Below are positions 47,015 to 63,734 of a stretch of DNA of 64,000 nucleotides, in pieces. The stretch lies in NCBI RefSeq assembly GCF_009914755.1, contig NC_060927.1; one strand, 5' to 3'. Position 1 is the first letter of the stretch. Each line of letters opens with the position of its first letter. The translations under genes and the position numbers were made by a program. This DNA comes from the human T2T-CHM13v2.0 reference genome, Homo sapiens. The notes under the pieces are model-generated. The model was not told the DNA's origin, did no database searches, and saw only the letters and a program-made list of their open reading frames with translations.

Positions 47015-48389
47015 ATCATATTTTCCCACAAGTGCATTTCTTACCAGTGGCCCCATTTCCGTTTCATCTCCCGTCTGGAAAAATATTCTCTTCCCCAAGC
47101 CTGCAAGTAAGGTATTATAACATATTTGCTTTCACAGGTTGAGTGTTAGTTTAGAGTGCCATCATGGGGCTTTCTAACTTGGGCAGCACAACTTCTCAAA
47201 TACTGTCAGTTAGCAGTGGGGAAACTCGTCAGTCTTACTTCCTGTGGTTCTCTGTGGCTTGGCTTGAGTGGATGGGGAAAAACCAAATGATCTTTTTTTG
47301 TGGTGATGAAGTGCTGAGCCCTTGTCCACTGTAGGCCCAGTTCTGGCATTCTCCATGCCCACTGAGGCCTCTCTCTGACCTTTCCCTACACATAGAAGGC
47401 AGGACAACTGTAAATGCTCTTTAGCTTGTGATGTGATGTCTGTGCATTACATCTGCCAGATTCTGGAACTTGACCTGAAAATATTGGTTTCTGTTTTGAC
47501 AGAGGAGATGGGCACCTGATTTTCATCTGGAAAATGATATGTGTGCAACATTGCCAGTATCAGAAAGAGTATTTCATATGCAATTACCCTCCAAGCCCTA
47601 GGAGGACTTTAAGTCCTTGGAAGGAAGCCAACCTACTCACTGTCCTTGATGTCATCTACAAAGTCAGAATGGTAGAAATCACATTAGACTTCACTAACGA
47701 ATCATCAGCCAAAGTCTTAAAACAAATATGTGCATTTGCTTCATGCCAGCTCTTCCTTTTTTCTGCCAGTTTCTGACAATTATGGTCACTTAGCTTTGAT
47801 CTCACCGGACACCTGATTATTTAAAAAGCCAAAATCCTAAACCCACTGGTGTTATTCTGCTTGCAGATAAAAGCAAAGGTCCATTTGTGAAACATCAAAA
47901 GGAATTAGGAAAATGTGGGATGTGTGTTGCTTGGTGTTGCCTAGCAATATGGTTAGGGCACAGGAATCACAGAGAGGATGAAATTCACAGCCACAAGGAA
48001 ATCATATTATTCATAATAAACACACACACGCACACACACATCCTGACATCTCTGCAAGAATGTTATAAACTGAGTACAGAATTATAGTCACAAGTAGAAT
48101 AATCTTCGGAGCACTGAAGAATAAACATTCTAGTTGATTGGTTGCTTATACTTCAATGTCTATATGAGTACATCACTCACTTAAATGCAAAAGCATTAAA
48201 TGCCTGTGAATGGAGTTTACAATATGTCTCATAGACATGAGCTCTGTCAGTATAAGTAAAACATACATTTTAAACCAAATATATTAATATGTAAAACGAT
48301 AGGACAGAGTATTTAATATATAAAAACAACTTTAAGCTCTTTCCTCACCCTTATTTCAAAATATCTACGTTTACCATGAATGTTCATAA

Positions 48390-48960
<571 letters not shown>

Positions 48961-49753
48961 ATAGTACTGTATTGTTATGCAGAAGGCCTCTTGATTGCTC
49001 TTCAATAAATATAGATACTACCAATTAAGCCAAGAAAATGTTACAGGTAGAATTTTTGCCTGTAAGGGGGCTTTGGGGTGTTAGGAAAAGGAGATTATAG
49101 CCTCTAGTCCCTCCCCGCCCTATCAATTGTTCTTCCAAAGTCAGAGCCAAGCAACTTGAGTCCAAGAATGAGACGCAAGCCTCCAACATGGCCACTCACT
49201 GACGGAAAACTCCCATTCCATGAGGCTGTTCCATCGTAGGGCTACACAGACCAGTATTCTCCCAGCTCCAGGCTCCCCTCCCAGAACAACTCACTCCTGT
49301 ATCCTGCATCCTCCCAGGTTACAAATCTGGGAGTCTTCTAAAAGGGCTTCCACCTTTCTTCTTTGTAGCTGACCTTGGAAATGTTCTCAGTTCTGGGTAG
49401 AGCTTTAATTTCCTCCGTAAGTACTGCTTTCCCAGGCTATGACTGCTTTGCCAGGTTATGATGATGGGAACCTGCAAGTGTGGAAGAAAGGGAGGCATCA
49501 GCTGCCTCTTCTGCTTGATCTAGGAGCTCTACTTCCTAGAAACATTTGTGTCCTAAGATATTGGTGAGACAGAATCAGACCAGCTGAGCTACCAGCCTTC
49601 CCCTAGGGAGAGGTTAACAGTTAATAGAACACCCTGAGAAATAATATGTGTACCCAAAATAGGCAAAATGTGAAGAGTGAGTGACTTGTAAGAATGAGAA
49701 AATTACATGGATCCCATTTTAAGATTCAAAAGTCAGTCAAAAACCAATTGTAA

Positions 49754-49900
49754 GGCCAGGTGCAGTGGCTCACACCTGTAGCCCCAGCACGTTGGGAGGA
49801 TGAGGTGGGGAAATTGCTTGAGGACAGGTGTTTGAGAGCAGCCTGGGCAACATGACCAGACCCTGTCTCTACCAAAAAAAAAAAAAAAAAAAAAAAAAAA
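49754..49900 (+). mobile_element. Alu monomer (FLAM-like)
   Basis: Left arm plus long poly-A. Confidence 0.9.
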
Positions 49901-50149
49901 GGTCTTAAGAAGAGACATTTTAATGTATTCTTAATATCATTTTACTTGCATGAATTTGGGAAAGGTTTTTGTTTGTTTTCTTCCAACCAGTGAACTATTT
50001 AGGACAGAACTAACTTACAAGTCCTATTGCTACTTATATGTTTACGAAAGTTCATTTATTAAGATAGAATAAATGCTTTTTTTGGCTTTTAAGAATCGTT
50101 GAAACAACATGGGGTTAAAAATAGAAGGGCCCTATTTATAGTAGAACAA

Positions 50150-50830
50150 AAAGACTAAATTCCTAAGCTTAAGAAGTGAACAAGAGCTATATGAAAAGAC
50201 TTTAAAATGCCACTGAGGATCACAGAAGAAAACTTGAACTAATGGAAGGATGTATGTATTTTTAGATAAAAAGACTTAACTATGTAAAGATGTCAATTAT
50301 TCCCAATCTATAATGCAAAAGCTCAATTTTAAAAAAGGACTTTTAAAAACTATACAAGCTCATTATAATATGGAAAAATAAAGAAGCAAGAATATTCAGA
50401 AATCCTGAAAATAAAAAAACAAGGGTTTTTTAGTTGTATCAGATATTAAAATATAGTATAAAGCTCTAAAAGTAAAAGGGTATGGTATATGAATAGACAA
50501 GGCAACTCGATGAATTATAAATGCAAAGTCCAGAAATTGACTCAAATACAAAAAGAAATTTAGTATATGATAAAATGCCACCACTTACCAATGGAAAAGG
50601 ATAGTCTGTTCAATAAACAATGTCAGAGCAACTGAGTAGCCCTCTGGGGAAAAAAATGAGAAAGTTGTATCCAAGCCTTACATGTTTCACCATGATAAAT
50701 TCCAGATGAATTAACATTTTTAGAAAGAGCAAAAGGGAAATAAAATCATGAGAGCACTAGAATAAGCCATTAGATAATCTTTAAATATAATCTTGGAGTA
50801 TGCTTTGAAGCATAGAGTAAAAGCCAGAAT
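50150..50830 (+). mobile_element. Old L1 ORF2 fragment
   Basis: aagatgtcaattattccca, ggaaaaggatagtctgttcaataaa. Confidence 0.7.
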
Positions 50831-50832
50831 CC

Positions 50833-51104
50833 AGGCTGGGCGCAATGGCTCATGCCTGTAATCCCAGCACTTTGGGAGACCGAGGAGGGTGTATCGCCTG
50901 AGGTCAGGGGTTCAAGACCAGCCTGACCAACATGGTGAAACCCCATCTCTACTAAAAATAAAAAATTAGCCAGGCATCGTGGTGCGTGCCTGTGATACCA
51001 GCCACTCAGGAGGCTGAGGCAGGAGAATCCTTTGAACCCAGGAGGCAGTGAGCCGAGGCTGCGCCATTGCACTCCAGCCTGGGCAACAAGAGCAAAACTA
51101 AAAA
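50833..51104 (+). mobile_element. AluS
   Basis: Dimer with internal deletion. Confidence 0.92.
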
Positions 51105-51141
51105 ATTGATTCTTCAGGACTTTCAGGTTAACTTTGTGTTT

Positions 51142-52025
51142 ATGAGCCCCATTAAAAAGTGGGCAAAGAACATTAACAGACACTTTTCAAAAGAAGACAT
51201 CCATGTGGCCAAAAAGCACATGAAAAAAGCTCAATATCACTGATCATTAGAGAAATGCAAATCAAAACTACAATGAGATACCATCTCACACCCAGTCAGA
51301 ATGGCAATTATTAAAAAGTAAAAAAACAACAGTCTGGTGAGGTTGCAGAGGAAAGGGAATGCTTATACACTGTTCATGGGAGTGTAAATTAGTTCAACCA
51401 TTGTGGAAAGCAGGATGGCGATTCCTCAAAAAGCTAAAAGCAGAACTGCCATTCAACCCAGCAATCCCATTACTGGGTATATACTCAGGGGAATAGAAAT
51501 CATTCTACCACAAAGACACATGCACATGAATGTTCATTGCAGCACTCTTCACACTAACAAAAACATTTTTACATTCACAATAGCAAAGTCAACTTAAATG
51601 CCCATCAGTGACAGATTGGATAAAGAAATGTGGTACATACACACTATAGAATACGGCACAGCCATAAAAAAGAACGAGACCATGTCTTTTGGGGGAACAT
51701 GGATGGAGGTGGAGGCTATTATCCTCAGCAAACTAATGCAGAAACAAAAAACCAAATACCACATGTTCTCATTTATAAGTGAGAGCTAAATGATGAGAAC
51801 CTATGAACACAAAGAAGGACTGGGGTCTTCAGAACACAACAGACTCCGGGGTCTACTCGATGGTGGAGGGTGGAAGGAGGGACAGGATTAGAAAAGATGG
51901 CTATTGGGTACTGGGCTTAATTCCTGGGTGATGAAATAATCTGTACAACAAACCCCAGTGATATGAGTTTACCTATGTAACAAACCATCACATGTACCCC
52001 TAAAATAAAAGTTAAAACAAAAAAA
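51142..52025 (+). mobile_element. Older L1PA 3' end
   Basis: ORF2 C-terminal remnants (KQKTKYHMFSFISES) and 3'UTR; TSD AACTTTGTGTTT (51130, 52026). Confidence 0.92.
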
Positions 52026-52227
52026 AACTTTGTGTTTTAAGGAGCTGTGTTTTAAATGTCTATCCTCCAAGCAAAGAATATGCCAAATACAGCATATTTC
52101 CTCTTCTAAGTGTGTAGTGTTCTACTGTTATATTATCTGATTTAATTTTTCAGGTGAGAGCTATCATTAGGCAGAATTCTGGGATGGCCTCCAAGTTCAC
52201 TTGAGTTTTATTAGAACACGGCCATGT

Positions 52228-52569
<342 letters not shown>

Positions 52570-52709
52570 CTATGGCTGCTTTTGTGCTACAACACAGAGT
52601 AGTTGAGAGGAGAAGCTGGATGACCTGAAAGACCTGCAATCTGTACTATCTGTCCCTTTGTAGGAAGTTTGCAGCCTCTGGCTTAAACCATTTTGAGTTG
52701 GGTCTCTTG

Positions 52710-53195
52710 GGGGTGCTCCTGTGTGCTGTTTAATCCCCCTCCCTCGACTGCAGTCAGGACCTGTGAATATAATCCATTTCACTCTTTTGATTAGATTACA
52801 TTATATGAGACCCTCTTAGCAAATTGGATAGAGCCATTCTCCAGCTGAGCTTAAAGAAGTGAGGTGTCTCATGGCGAGGGGCATGTGGTGGGCACGGAAC
52901 TGTGAGTGGCTTCTAGGAGCCAAGAGTGACCCCCAGCTGACAGCCAGCAGGAAAACAGGGACCTCCATCCCACAGCTGCAAGGAACTGGATTCTGCCAAC
53001 AACTACATAGGCTTGAAAGAGGATTCCGCGCCCCAGAAGAAAAGCCTCGTGACACCTTGATTGTGGCCTTGTGAGATCCTGCATGGAGGACCTCAAGCGT
53101 TGCTTGGATGAGCCACAGAAACTGGGAGGTAGTTTGTATGTTGTTTTAAGCTGCGAGCTATGTGGCAATTTGTTACATAGCAATAGGAAATGAAT
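52710..53195 (+). mobile_element. MLT1 LTR fragment
   Basis: gctgacagccagcaggaaaacagggacctc...aatttgttacatagcaatagg. Confidence 0.8.
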
Positions 53196-53314
53196 GCAGA
53201 TCACGATGTGGGTTGCCTGCCTAAAAACAACCACTCACACACACACCTCACCTGCTTTCTCAGTCTTAGGAAGTGAATCAAATCTTTTAGGAGGCATCTA
53301 AAAAAGCTTTCCCT

Positions 53315-53602
53315 GCCGGACGCGGTGCCTCAGGCCTGTAACCCCAGCACTTTGGGAGGCTGCAGATGGGCCAATCACCTGAGGACAGGAGTTTGAGACC
53401 AGCCTGACCAACATGGTGAAACCCTGTCTCTACCAAAAATACAAAATTAACCGAGCATGGTGGCGGGTGCCTGTAATCCCAGCTACTTACTTGGAGGCTG
53501 AGGCAAGAGAATCACTTGAACCCAGAAGGTGGAGGTTGTAGTGAGCCAAAATCACGCCACTGCACTCAAGCCTGGGTGACAGAACAAGACTGTCTCAAAA
53601 AA

Positions 53603-53648
<46 letters not shown>
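53315..53648 (+). mobile_element. Alu with (GAAA)n tail
   Basis: Dimer; tetranucleotide STR tail; TSD AAAGCTTTCC. Confidence 0.95.
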
Positions 53649-53649
<1 letters not shown>

Positions 53650-53923
53650 CTTTCCATGCTCCTAGAAAGGGGACACAGGAAAGAGACATTTGTGGCCTTT
53701 AGACACTCTTGTGTGAAGACATGATGTGTGGGGGGCTGTGGTCATCTCATGACCGGGAGAGACCAAGACTGGGAACACAGCCCGCACAAAGCTGAGCAAG
53801 CAGATGGAATGAATTGAGTTCCTGGATTGAGATGTGAAGCTGCTGAATCAACTAACCCTGAAGCTTACGTTGCCTGGAACTTCTTGTTACTAGTATGATG
53901 GTAAATTCAGTGATTGTTTAAAC

Positions 53924-54129
53924 TAGAGGTCAGCAAACTACAAATCCTGCTCACCACTTGTTTTTGCAGGTAAAGTTTTATTGGAACCCTGGCATGTTCA
54001 GTTGTTTACCCATTGTTTATGGGTGTTTTCATGCAACAACACAGAGTAGTTAAGACAAGAGGCCACATGGCCTGCAGAAACTACAATCTTTACTATTTAT
54101 TCCTTTAAAGGAAAAGTTTTCCAATCCCT
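53924..54129. mobile_element. MER58A-like hAT element
   Basis: gaggtcagcaaacta...aaagttttattggaac...aaagttttccaatccct. Confidence 0.75.
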
Positions 54130-54246
54130 TCGATCATTTTGAGTTGGGTCTCCTATCATTTGCACCTCAAAAGCATTCACACAATATTTGATCAGTTTCA
54201 TTCTGATGAAAAGTGGTAACACTAAACTATACCTGATAATAATGAC

Positions 54247-54616
54247 TCTCTTAGTCCATTTGGGCTGCTGTAGTAAAATACCATAAACTGTGTGGCTTAT
54301 AAATAGAATTTAATTTTCTTACTCTGCTGGAGGCTGACCTGTCCAAGACCAAGGTGCTGGCAGATTCTGTCTCTGGTGAGAACCCATTTACTGGTTCATA
54401 GATGGCCATCTTTTCACTGTGTCCTCACGTGGCAGAAGGGGGTGAACCAGCTCCCTTGGCCTCTTTCATAAGGGCATGAATCTCATTCATGAGAGCCCCA
54501 CCTTCATGATCTAATCATCACCAAATACCTCAACTCCTAATATCATCACCTTGGGGGTTAGGATTTCAACCTATGAATTTGGTGAACGGGGGCACACAAA
54601 CATTCACACCATAGCA
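54247..54616 (-). mobile_element. MaLR LTR (MST/MLT1A-like)
   Basis: cttagtccatttgggctgct...acattcacaccatagca; TSD ATGAC. Confidence 0.88.
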
Positions 54617-54629
54617 ATGACTATGCGTG

Positions 54630-55140
54630 TTTTTAAGCAAAGCTTTATTGAAGCATATCATACACATATAAAAGTTTGAAAAATCATTATTGCACAGCTC
54701 AATGAGTTTTCAGAGTGAATATGCTGGTGTACCATCACCAAACCCCAGAAACCCCTTATACCCACCTCAGTCACTATATCCCCCTCCCTAAAGACAACTA
54801 CCCTTCAGACTTCTATGAGAATAATCTCCACTGACTAATTTTGTCTGTTTATGAACTTCATACAAATGGATTTATAAATGTGTATCCTTCTGTGTTTGGC
54901 TTCTGTTGCTCAGCATTCTGTTTGTGAAATTCATATCTGTTGTGTGTAGCAGTGGTTCATTTATTGTCACTGTTATGTTCCATGGTATGAATATATCATG
55001 ATTTATTTATCCATTCTACAGTTGATGGATGTTTGAGTTGTTTCCAGTTTTTGACTATTATGAATAGCACTGGTGTGAACAATCTAATGTTTTTGTGCAC
55101 ATATACACACCTTCCTGTTGGAGTGAAATTGTGGGTCATT
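54630..55140 (-). mobile_element. L1M 3' end
   Basis: tttatttatccattctacagttgatggatgtttgagttgtttccag. Confidence 0.8.
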
Positions 55141-55251
55141 CATACATGATTTTTACTGGGGTTCTAAAAGTGATTCAGTGTCCAAAGGTATACAGTTTAC
55201 CTGAATAGAAATTTCGACTTGTTCCCTCTTGACTTAAAAATCAAAGGTAGG

Positions 55252-55882
<631 letters not shown>

Positions 55883-56787
55883 GTCAAGGTTAATTTAGCA
55901 GAGTATTGGGCTCAAAAGATCATATATAATCAGGCGGCAAATGAATTGAATGAAAAATTAAAACAATTAAAAACAAACCAATTTCCCCTCCAAAGCCTAA
56001 ACTATTGCTGTAAGGAAGTTTCAAGCTGTCTGCTTAGAGACTGGTTTTTTAAGCAGCTGAATTCAAATCAGTATTTCTTTTGGAACGCTGGGAAGGCTCA
56101 GATGGATTTGAAATGTTGCTGAGTCACAAAGGCACATTTTCTGGGACACACTTCTTACTTTGAGGAAAAAGTGATGAAAAGTTATAGATGGATAGGGTGG
56201 CAGGGAGCCTTGGTGAATTGGAGTTCCAAAAAACAAGAAAGGCAGAATTGATACAGTGAAGCTCCAATGGCTTTCCTACTTAGCCACCCAATTGCACAGA
56301 AAAGCCACAGAAAAATCAAGATTTCATTAGCAAGCACTTTCTCCTACTTCAGCCACCACTGACTGCTACTTCTGCCTCATTCCCTTCTTCACACAGACAC
56401 CATACTCCAAGGGCCTGAAGACAGTTTATCCACTTTTTAATCAAGCAGTCGACAAGGATTGCATGGATAGCATATCTTCTTCAACATTCAGGGAAGTGTA
56501 GATGATCCAAGCACAAATCTGCAGAGGGGAATAAGGAGGCTGCTTATTAAGCATGCACATTTGATTGGCGTTCTTTTTCCACTCATCAGTTGTTATCAAA
56601 CCGGTAGAGAAGATTCAATCTGATAATTTTCAAGATGAGTCACCAGTAGCCACAGAGTTCTAGGGTCAAACTCAGGGCTTTGTGGCTTAAGCTGTTGTCC
56701 TCCCAGTAAGACAGCATACTGAACTATTTTGGCCTGTCTTTCCTCTCTGGACAACTGTAAGGTAAAAATTTATTTAAGAAAGAAAAG

Positions 56788-56792
<5 letters not shown>

Positions 56793-56835
<43 letters not shown>
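56793..56835. repeat. (GA)n microsatellite
   Basis: Direct reading. Confidence 0.97.
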
Positions 56836-56839
<4 letters not shown>

Positions 56840-57539
56840 TAAAATGGCAAGTCTTCTCAGCAGGATCCTAATAAATATTTTACCACTCACACTTTCCAGA
56901 GCAGAGCAGAACTTGTCTTCTAGCCCAATTGTCTGCTCCAGGTGCAGTGTGGGTACATCTCAGGGTTGGGTCTTCAGCTTTCTCGAGAGACTTCAGTGTC
57001 TTTCTCGGCCACCAACGGCCAATGGCAGAGGTCATACAAAGATGGCTGGCTACAAGGCAGCCCTTCTGTCTGCAGACCCTGCCACAGTCCCTCTCTAGGA
57101 CAGATTAGGAAAATCTACAGAGTAAAGAAAGTGCAGAAGGAGATGCATCCCTCTGCACCTTTATAACTGAGTAATACCCAGAGAATTGAGCAGAATATTC
57201 TAAGCTTCGAAAAAGCAAATAGAACAGATATGTGAGACCACATACCCTAAGGTGGTCCTGTCTGATTTTTAATATTCTCTTCCATCCTTAAACAACAACA
57301 AAGAAGATGTCCTGACGTTAATTTAGAAAATCCTGACAGAGATTTTAACTGGTAGACTATGGGTACCTTTAATCATCTGTCGGCTTTGCATCATTTATCC
57401 ACAATCATTTCTGTTTCACAAAGTAGTCTCCTATTTTAATTTTGATAACCTCATTTTCCCGCCTAGACGATTGAAAAAGAACCCTCCCCACCTTGTCCGT
57501 TTCCAGGAGCACTTACCTTGAAAGGTTTTTGCAGACATT

Positions 57540-57690
57540 TATGACACTCCTATGAGGTGGCTAAGGTCTGTTATCCCCATTTTATGGCTGAGGAAACTGA
57601 GATAGTGAGACGTTGAGTGCTTGCCCAAGGTCAGGCACTGAGTCAGGAGCAAATTCAGAGGCAGAACTCGCTGTTCCTGGCAGCCTCACC
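57540..57690. mobile_element. MIR
   Basis: atccccattttatggctgaggaaactgag...cttgcccaaggtca. Confidence 0.8.
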
Positions 57691-58989
57691 AGGTTCAGCT
57701 GCCTCGCCTCTGTTTGAACTGCCTTAAAATAGGACTTTCAAGAATTCTGATGAATCGATTGAAACCCTGCAGTGCTTTATGTGTTAATGATGACTTGGTA
57801 ACTGCATATATTAATGCTGTTCATTGACTTACAGCCAAGAGCCACTCATTTCCTAGGTGCTCAGCCTAAGAGAGACTATTTTCCTCATTTTTCACTGATT
57901 ATCATAAAACACTTCCGTGTAACCATATGAGACTACGGTTCTTTCCGACACCAAAGTAAAAGTGCAAATTGTTGTCCTTTTGGCCTCTAAGTGCAGGAAT
58001 CTCTCCTCTCTCCCTCTGTATACACTCCTCATCATGGTCTCCAGCCTACGACCTTCTCCTCTCTTTCTGGCCTTAGAATCTACCCTTTAGCCTCCCCGGG
58101 TGCTTCTGAAATGGAATCACTCACTGGTTCCAGGACACAGCGCTGACCCCCTCTGCATCTCACCCACCCTTATTCATCAAAATCTCTTTTTATCTTCAAG
58201 GTTCATCTAAAGAAAACCTGCTAAGAAGCCACCCCCTATTTCCCCACCAAACCTGGTCTCTCTTCCTTTGAAGCCCTTATCTGGCGCCATCTTATTTTGC
58301 CTTTTGCTTACTAGGCTCTTGCCCTGAGGATGCAGATTGTAAATTGATTAGGGGCAGGGATGGTTTTACTCACCTTTGCTAGTCTGAGATGGCACACTGA
58401 CTGCGCACAGTAGGGGAGCTGCTGACTACAGGAGTGGGTGAACTTTTCTTGCAAAGGATCGGTTAGGAAATATTTTAAGCTTTGCTGGCCACAAATGCTC
58501 TCTGCTGATTCTTCTTCCTTTTCTGCAACCCTTTAAAAATGTAAAAAATCATTCTTAACTCCAAAAAATCAGCTGGGACCTGGATTTCTCATATGGTGAA
58601 AGATCAATTGCAGCACATAGTCCAAATACATTTTGGGGCCCAAATACATTTTTGTACTTAAAAAAATCTCTAAAATTACACACTATGGTATCTGTATTTA
58701 TTTTGTTTAAAACTCCAGTCAATTAAAACATGGATGAAACCCAGCATTTATAAAGGTGAAAGTAGGAACTTGCAAAATCCATGCATACGTCTTTGTGCAT
58801 CATTAAAGGGCCAAATTCCTTCAGCTTTACATAGATTCTTCCATGGCTGATGAGGTCTCATGGCTTTTTAGGAAGTGGGATAATAAAACTAGCTCTGCCA
58901 CACTGATGGGATTTTTTTAAGGTGTCCCAAAATGTTTCATTTGTCTCATCAATGACTGCTGTGAAACAGGATCTTGGACAAGTTAACAC

Positions 58990-59283
58990 TTTATTTTATT
59001 TTATTATTTGAGACTGGGTCTTGCTCTGTCACCCAGGCTGATGTGCAGTGGCAGCAACATGGCTCACCGTAGCTCAACCTTCTAGGCTCAAGGGATCTTC
59101 CCACCTCTCAGCTGGGACTACAGGGGTGCATGCCACCACTCCTGGATAATTTTTGTATTTTTTGTAGAGACAGGGTTTCACCATGATGCCCAGGCTTTGT
59201 CTTGAACTCCCAGGCTCAAGTGATCCTCCTGCCTTGGCCTCCCAAAGTTCTGGTATTACAGGCATGAGCCACCATGCCCAGCC
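58990..59283 (-). mobile_element. AluJ
   Basis: Antisense dimer; TSD ACAAGTTAACA. Confidence 0.93.
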
Positions 59284-59442
59284 ACAAGTTAACATTTTTA
59301 ATGCCTGAAACTCCAGAAAGAAGGACAAAGTAATGGTCCCTTTAAAGTCTCACTGACCTGGGTTACCATCAGTGCCCACACAATGCCATTCACACCCCCT
59401 CCCTAAATCCAGGAATACTGCAAAGCAATATTTAGTCATTTC

Positions 59443-59788
<346 letters not shown>

Positions 59789-60466
59789 TCAAACCGCTGG
59801 TTCCATATCAGGAGCTGTTTGGTTTAACATCTCTTCAGCAAAGGTACCATGGGAGCTTTTCAGAAAACTTCAGCTTAATATTCCAACTTATTTTCCTGAG
59901 GAGATCCAGCTGTGAATAATAGTGTTGATTCGGTATCGCTGATCATTTGCCAGAATGTGCGATTTGTAAAACTTTGGCAGGGAAAATTGTATTACAGATG
60001 TTACATTGGAAAACCTCTGAACTGCTGTGAAATGTAATTGTGTGTTGGAGGGCACGTCATGTCGTTAGCAGGCTGAGTTTACTCTGTTTGGGTGAACAGT
60101 GCACATACACTACAATGGGTAGCTGCTCTGTTTATATGAAAGTCAGAGAGACAGAATAATAATCCAACCCTCGAAGACAGCTATAATTACAGCATGTTGA
60201 CTCCGTCCCCTTGACAGGGAAGCTGCAATGTTTCAAATAGAAAGCTCCATTAGCTAGGTGACCAATTAAGGAAGCAGAAAACAGCGAGAAGGAGGTATAA
60301 AATTATCTTGTTAAAATTCTCTTCAAAAATAGAGATATTTAACACATAACAAGAATATACAGTCTAAGGCAGTAGAGAATTTTATTTAAAAATAAACTTG
60401 TCCTGTAAAAGTAAAGCTGATCTACGATAAACTGTTCAAATATCTGTATCCCATTTAGAGACAAAG

Positions 60467-60728
<262 letters not shown>

Positions 60729-61628
60729 CTAGAAATAGCTATAATTTTTTTAAAAAAATAATGTGATATTTACTTATATTTTATATTTAGAAAATGTCAT
60801 TTCCTACATCTAAAATGGCTTTTGAAAATGGAAAAGCAAACAACTGAAATTGTATTGAATTAATTATATCAATACTTTCTAAACTTCCAACAGCTCTGGT
60901 GAATCACTATTTCCTATTCTATTGTTTTTTACTATATGGTTGTTTCACATTTTGGAAATAAGTGAGAAGAAACAGTAGAAAATAGACTGTTTGATTTGGT
61001 TTTGAATCCTTTGCCTGGATGTATCTGGATTCAAGGTCTATTAGGCTGAATCATATGAAATTGCTGCTTATTTAGTTAAAATGACATCAAATATTGGCAA
61101 TTTCATAAGTGGTTGCTGGCTACCACTTCAGTGTTTCTTCTGTTATCTCTGTGATAAAGTCTTTGGTCCTTGTCAATTGGCCATGGGTAAATGGGACAAT
61201 TACAGGATAAAAACTTTATTCTTGGATAATAGGGTAATAAACAATAATAATAACAGGTAGAAAATAGATAATAACAGATAATTGATATACAGATATTAGC
61301 TAGGTAATAGGTATGTAGATAAAAATAATAGTATCGATAGAATTTCTGCTGCAAGGTTTGTATGTCTACAGAAGAGTCTTCTCTTCCTTCCAGTCTTTTG
61401 GAAAAAAAAGTAGACACTTTCTCACTATGTTGCCCAGGCTGGCCTCAAGTTTCTGGGCTCAAGCAATCCTCCTACCTTAGCCTCCTGAGTAGCTGGTACT
61501 ATAAGCATTCATCCCCACACCCACCAGCTAGCAAGCATTCTTTTAACCTTCTGCAAGTAAGAGGTTTTGATGCCCTTCATTTCATTCTTTTATTTGCTGA
61601 TCATTATGATAATAGTAGTTAACATTTC

Positions 61629-61929
61629 TAGTGATCTCTTAGCATCCATGGGGATTGGTTCCAGGACCCCCTCATGGATACCAAAATCCAAGATGCTAAA
61701 GTTTCTTTTATAAAATGGCATAGTGTTTGCATGTAACCTATGTACATCTTCCCGTATACTTTAAATCATCTCTAAATTATAAGTAATCTTATAATACCTA
61801 ATACAATGTAAATAGGGTTATATTGCACTGTTTTTTATTTGTATTTTTTATCTGTATTTTTTTGAATATTTTCTACTCGAGGTTGGTTGAGTCCTTGGAT
61901 GCAGACTTGGGGATATGGAGGGCTGACTG
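61629..61929. mobile_element. MER2-like (Tigger family) element
   Basis: atccatggggattggttccaggacccc...ggatatggagggctgactg. Confidence 0.85.
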
Positions 61930-63412
61930 TCCAGTACTTACTAAGTTACTGGGCGTATAATAAAGTCTTTACATGTTATTATTTCCTCCTCAAAATGACT
62001 CTGTGAGATAAGCATTAGTATTATAATCTCTGTTTTACAGATGAAAGCTTTGGGAGAGCAAGACAGCTACAAAACCTATTTTTCATTCTACAGTGTATTT
62101 GATTAAATGGAGGGAAGACAGGAGAGATGGAGAAAAATTTTGGCCAGTCAAACTTCAGATCCTTAGGTCAAATGTAGCCTTGGTGTCAGAATCTGGAAAT
62201 TCCTATTGAAGTGGTTTGGTGGCCAATTGTACTTCTGATCCTTGAATTTGAACTTTAAAATCCACCTTTGGGTGTGACAATATGATCCCAGGACTTAATT
62301 AACCTCTTAATATGTCATTATCTTTATCTGTAAAACAATACAAAATTATCTACCTCATAGAGTCATTGAGGTTTCCAATGATATTTTACATCCTTAGATG
62401 AAGACATACAAAATAATATAACCTATTCCAAAACTGGAAGGAAGCACTCTTTGGTTTTTGTGCTTTCATAATAATTGCTATTTCTCATTTGTAAGTTTGT
62501 GGCAACAGATGGACAAGAAAAAATTAGAACTCATAGAAAATATTTTGATCGATATCAGTTTTATAGATTTATAGTTTCTTTTCCTAAACTGTACTGTTCA
62601 ACAAAAATTATACAAACCTTTTGACTAGGAGATGCATTTTTAAAGGCATATAGACTCTTAGTAATTTATATCCTCTGTACAGCTTATATTTTCTATATCA
62701 CGAAGAATAGGAAAGAAAAACAGACAGAGTTATCATCATTCATTCTCCAAAAAAGAGCACATGCTTATGGGAACCTTGCTCTAAAACCTAAGCAGCCACA
62801 TGAAAATGATTTAGCTTCCTGAAGATTGCGCAAGAGTCAACAGCACAGCTAGACAATATTGTTTTAATTCTTCATGTTGCAGAATTATCTAAAGAAAAGA
62901 AAGCTGATTTTTTAAATGATAGCTGAAGATATTTTGAAGACAGTTGAATCTGGGTTGGCAAGGCAAAAAGTCAAACAGCACATCAAAACAAGAGAAGGAA
63001 ACTGTGACTAAAATAAAAGTGATGATATGTTCCTCTAATTTAAACATTCAAGTCTGTGTAAATGAATTAAAAAATTTTCTTTGAAAAGTTCTCACCAGTT
63101 GTGAGATAGACCAAATAATTTAACACAAGCAATCTGTAGAGGTTGAATTAAGGTCCTGTTTTAAAAACATTATTAGTAAGCAGATGGCGACTATAAAAAT
63201 GATCACAAAGTAATGATTATACACACTGCCGAGTCAAGCTGCCCGACCGGTCCTGCCCATTCTTTAACTATTTCATGTATGTCAAGTTCACCACTCCCTG
63301 CACACCTATGGTCCTGGCATTTCACAGTTTCTTCTTTCAACAAGGGTAGAAGTGGTTTCTGTGACACAGCTGTCAAAGAAGAACACGTGAAAAGGGAAGA
63401 AAGTCTAGGTGA

Positions 63413-63734
63413 GGGCTGGGTATGTTGGCTCACACCTGTATTCCCGGCACTTTGGGAGGCTGAGGCAGGAGAACTGCTTTTGCCCAGGAGTTCAAGACCA
63501 GCCTGGGCAACATAGTGGGACCCTATCTCTACAAAAAATTAAAAAAATTAGCCTGGCGTGGTGGTGCACACCTGTAGTCCCAGCTACTCAGGACTCTGAG
63601 GTAGTAGGATAGCTTGAGCTTGGGAGGTATATGCTGCAGTAAGCAGAGATCTCGCCACAGCACTCCAGGCTGAGTGACAGAGCAAGACCTTGTTTCAAAA
63701 AAAAAAGGAAAAGAAAAAGAAAGAAAGAAAGAAA
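63413..63734 (+). mobile_element. AluJ
   Basis: Dimer; TSD ~GTCTAGGTG. Confidence 0.93.

Noticed and set aside
63176-63195. CTCF-like AGCAGATGGCG
   Set aside because: Partial core match only; such matches occur by chance
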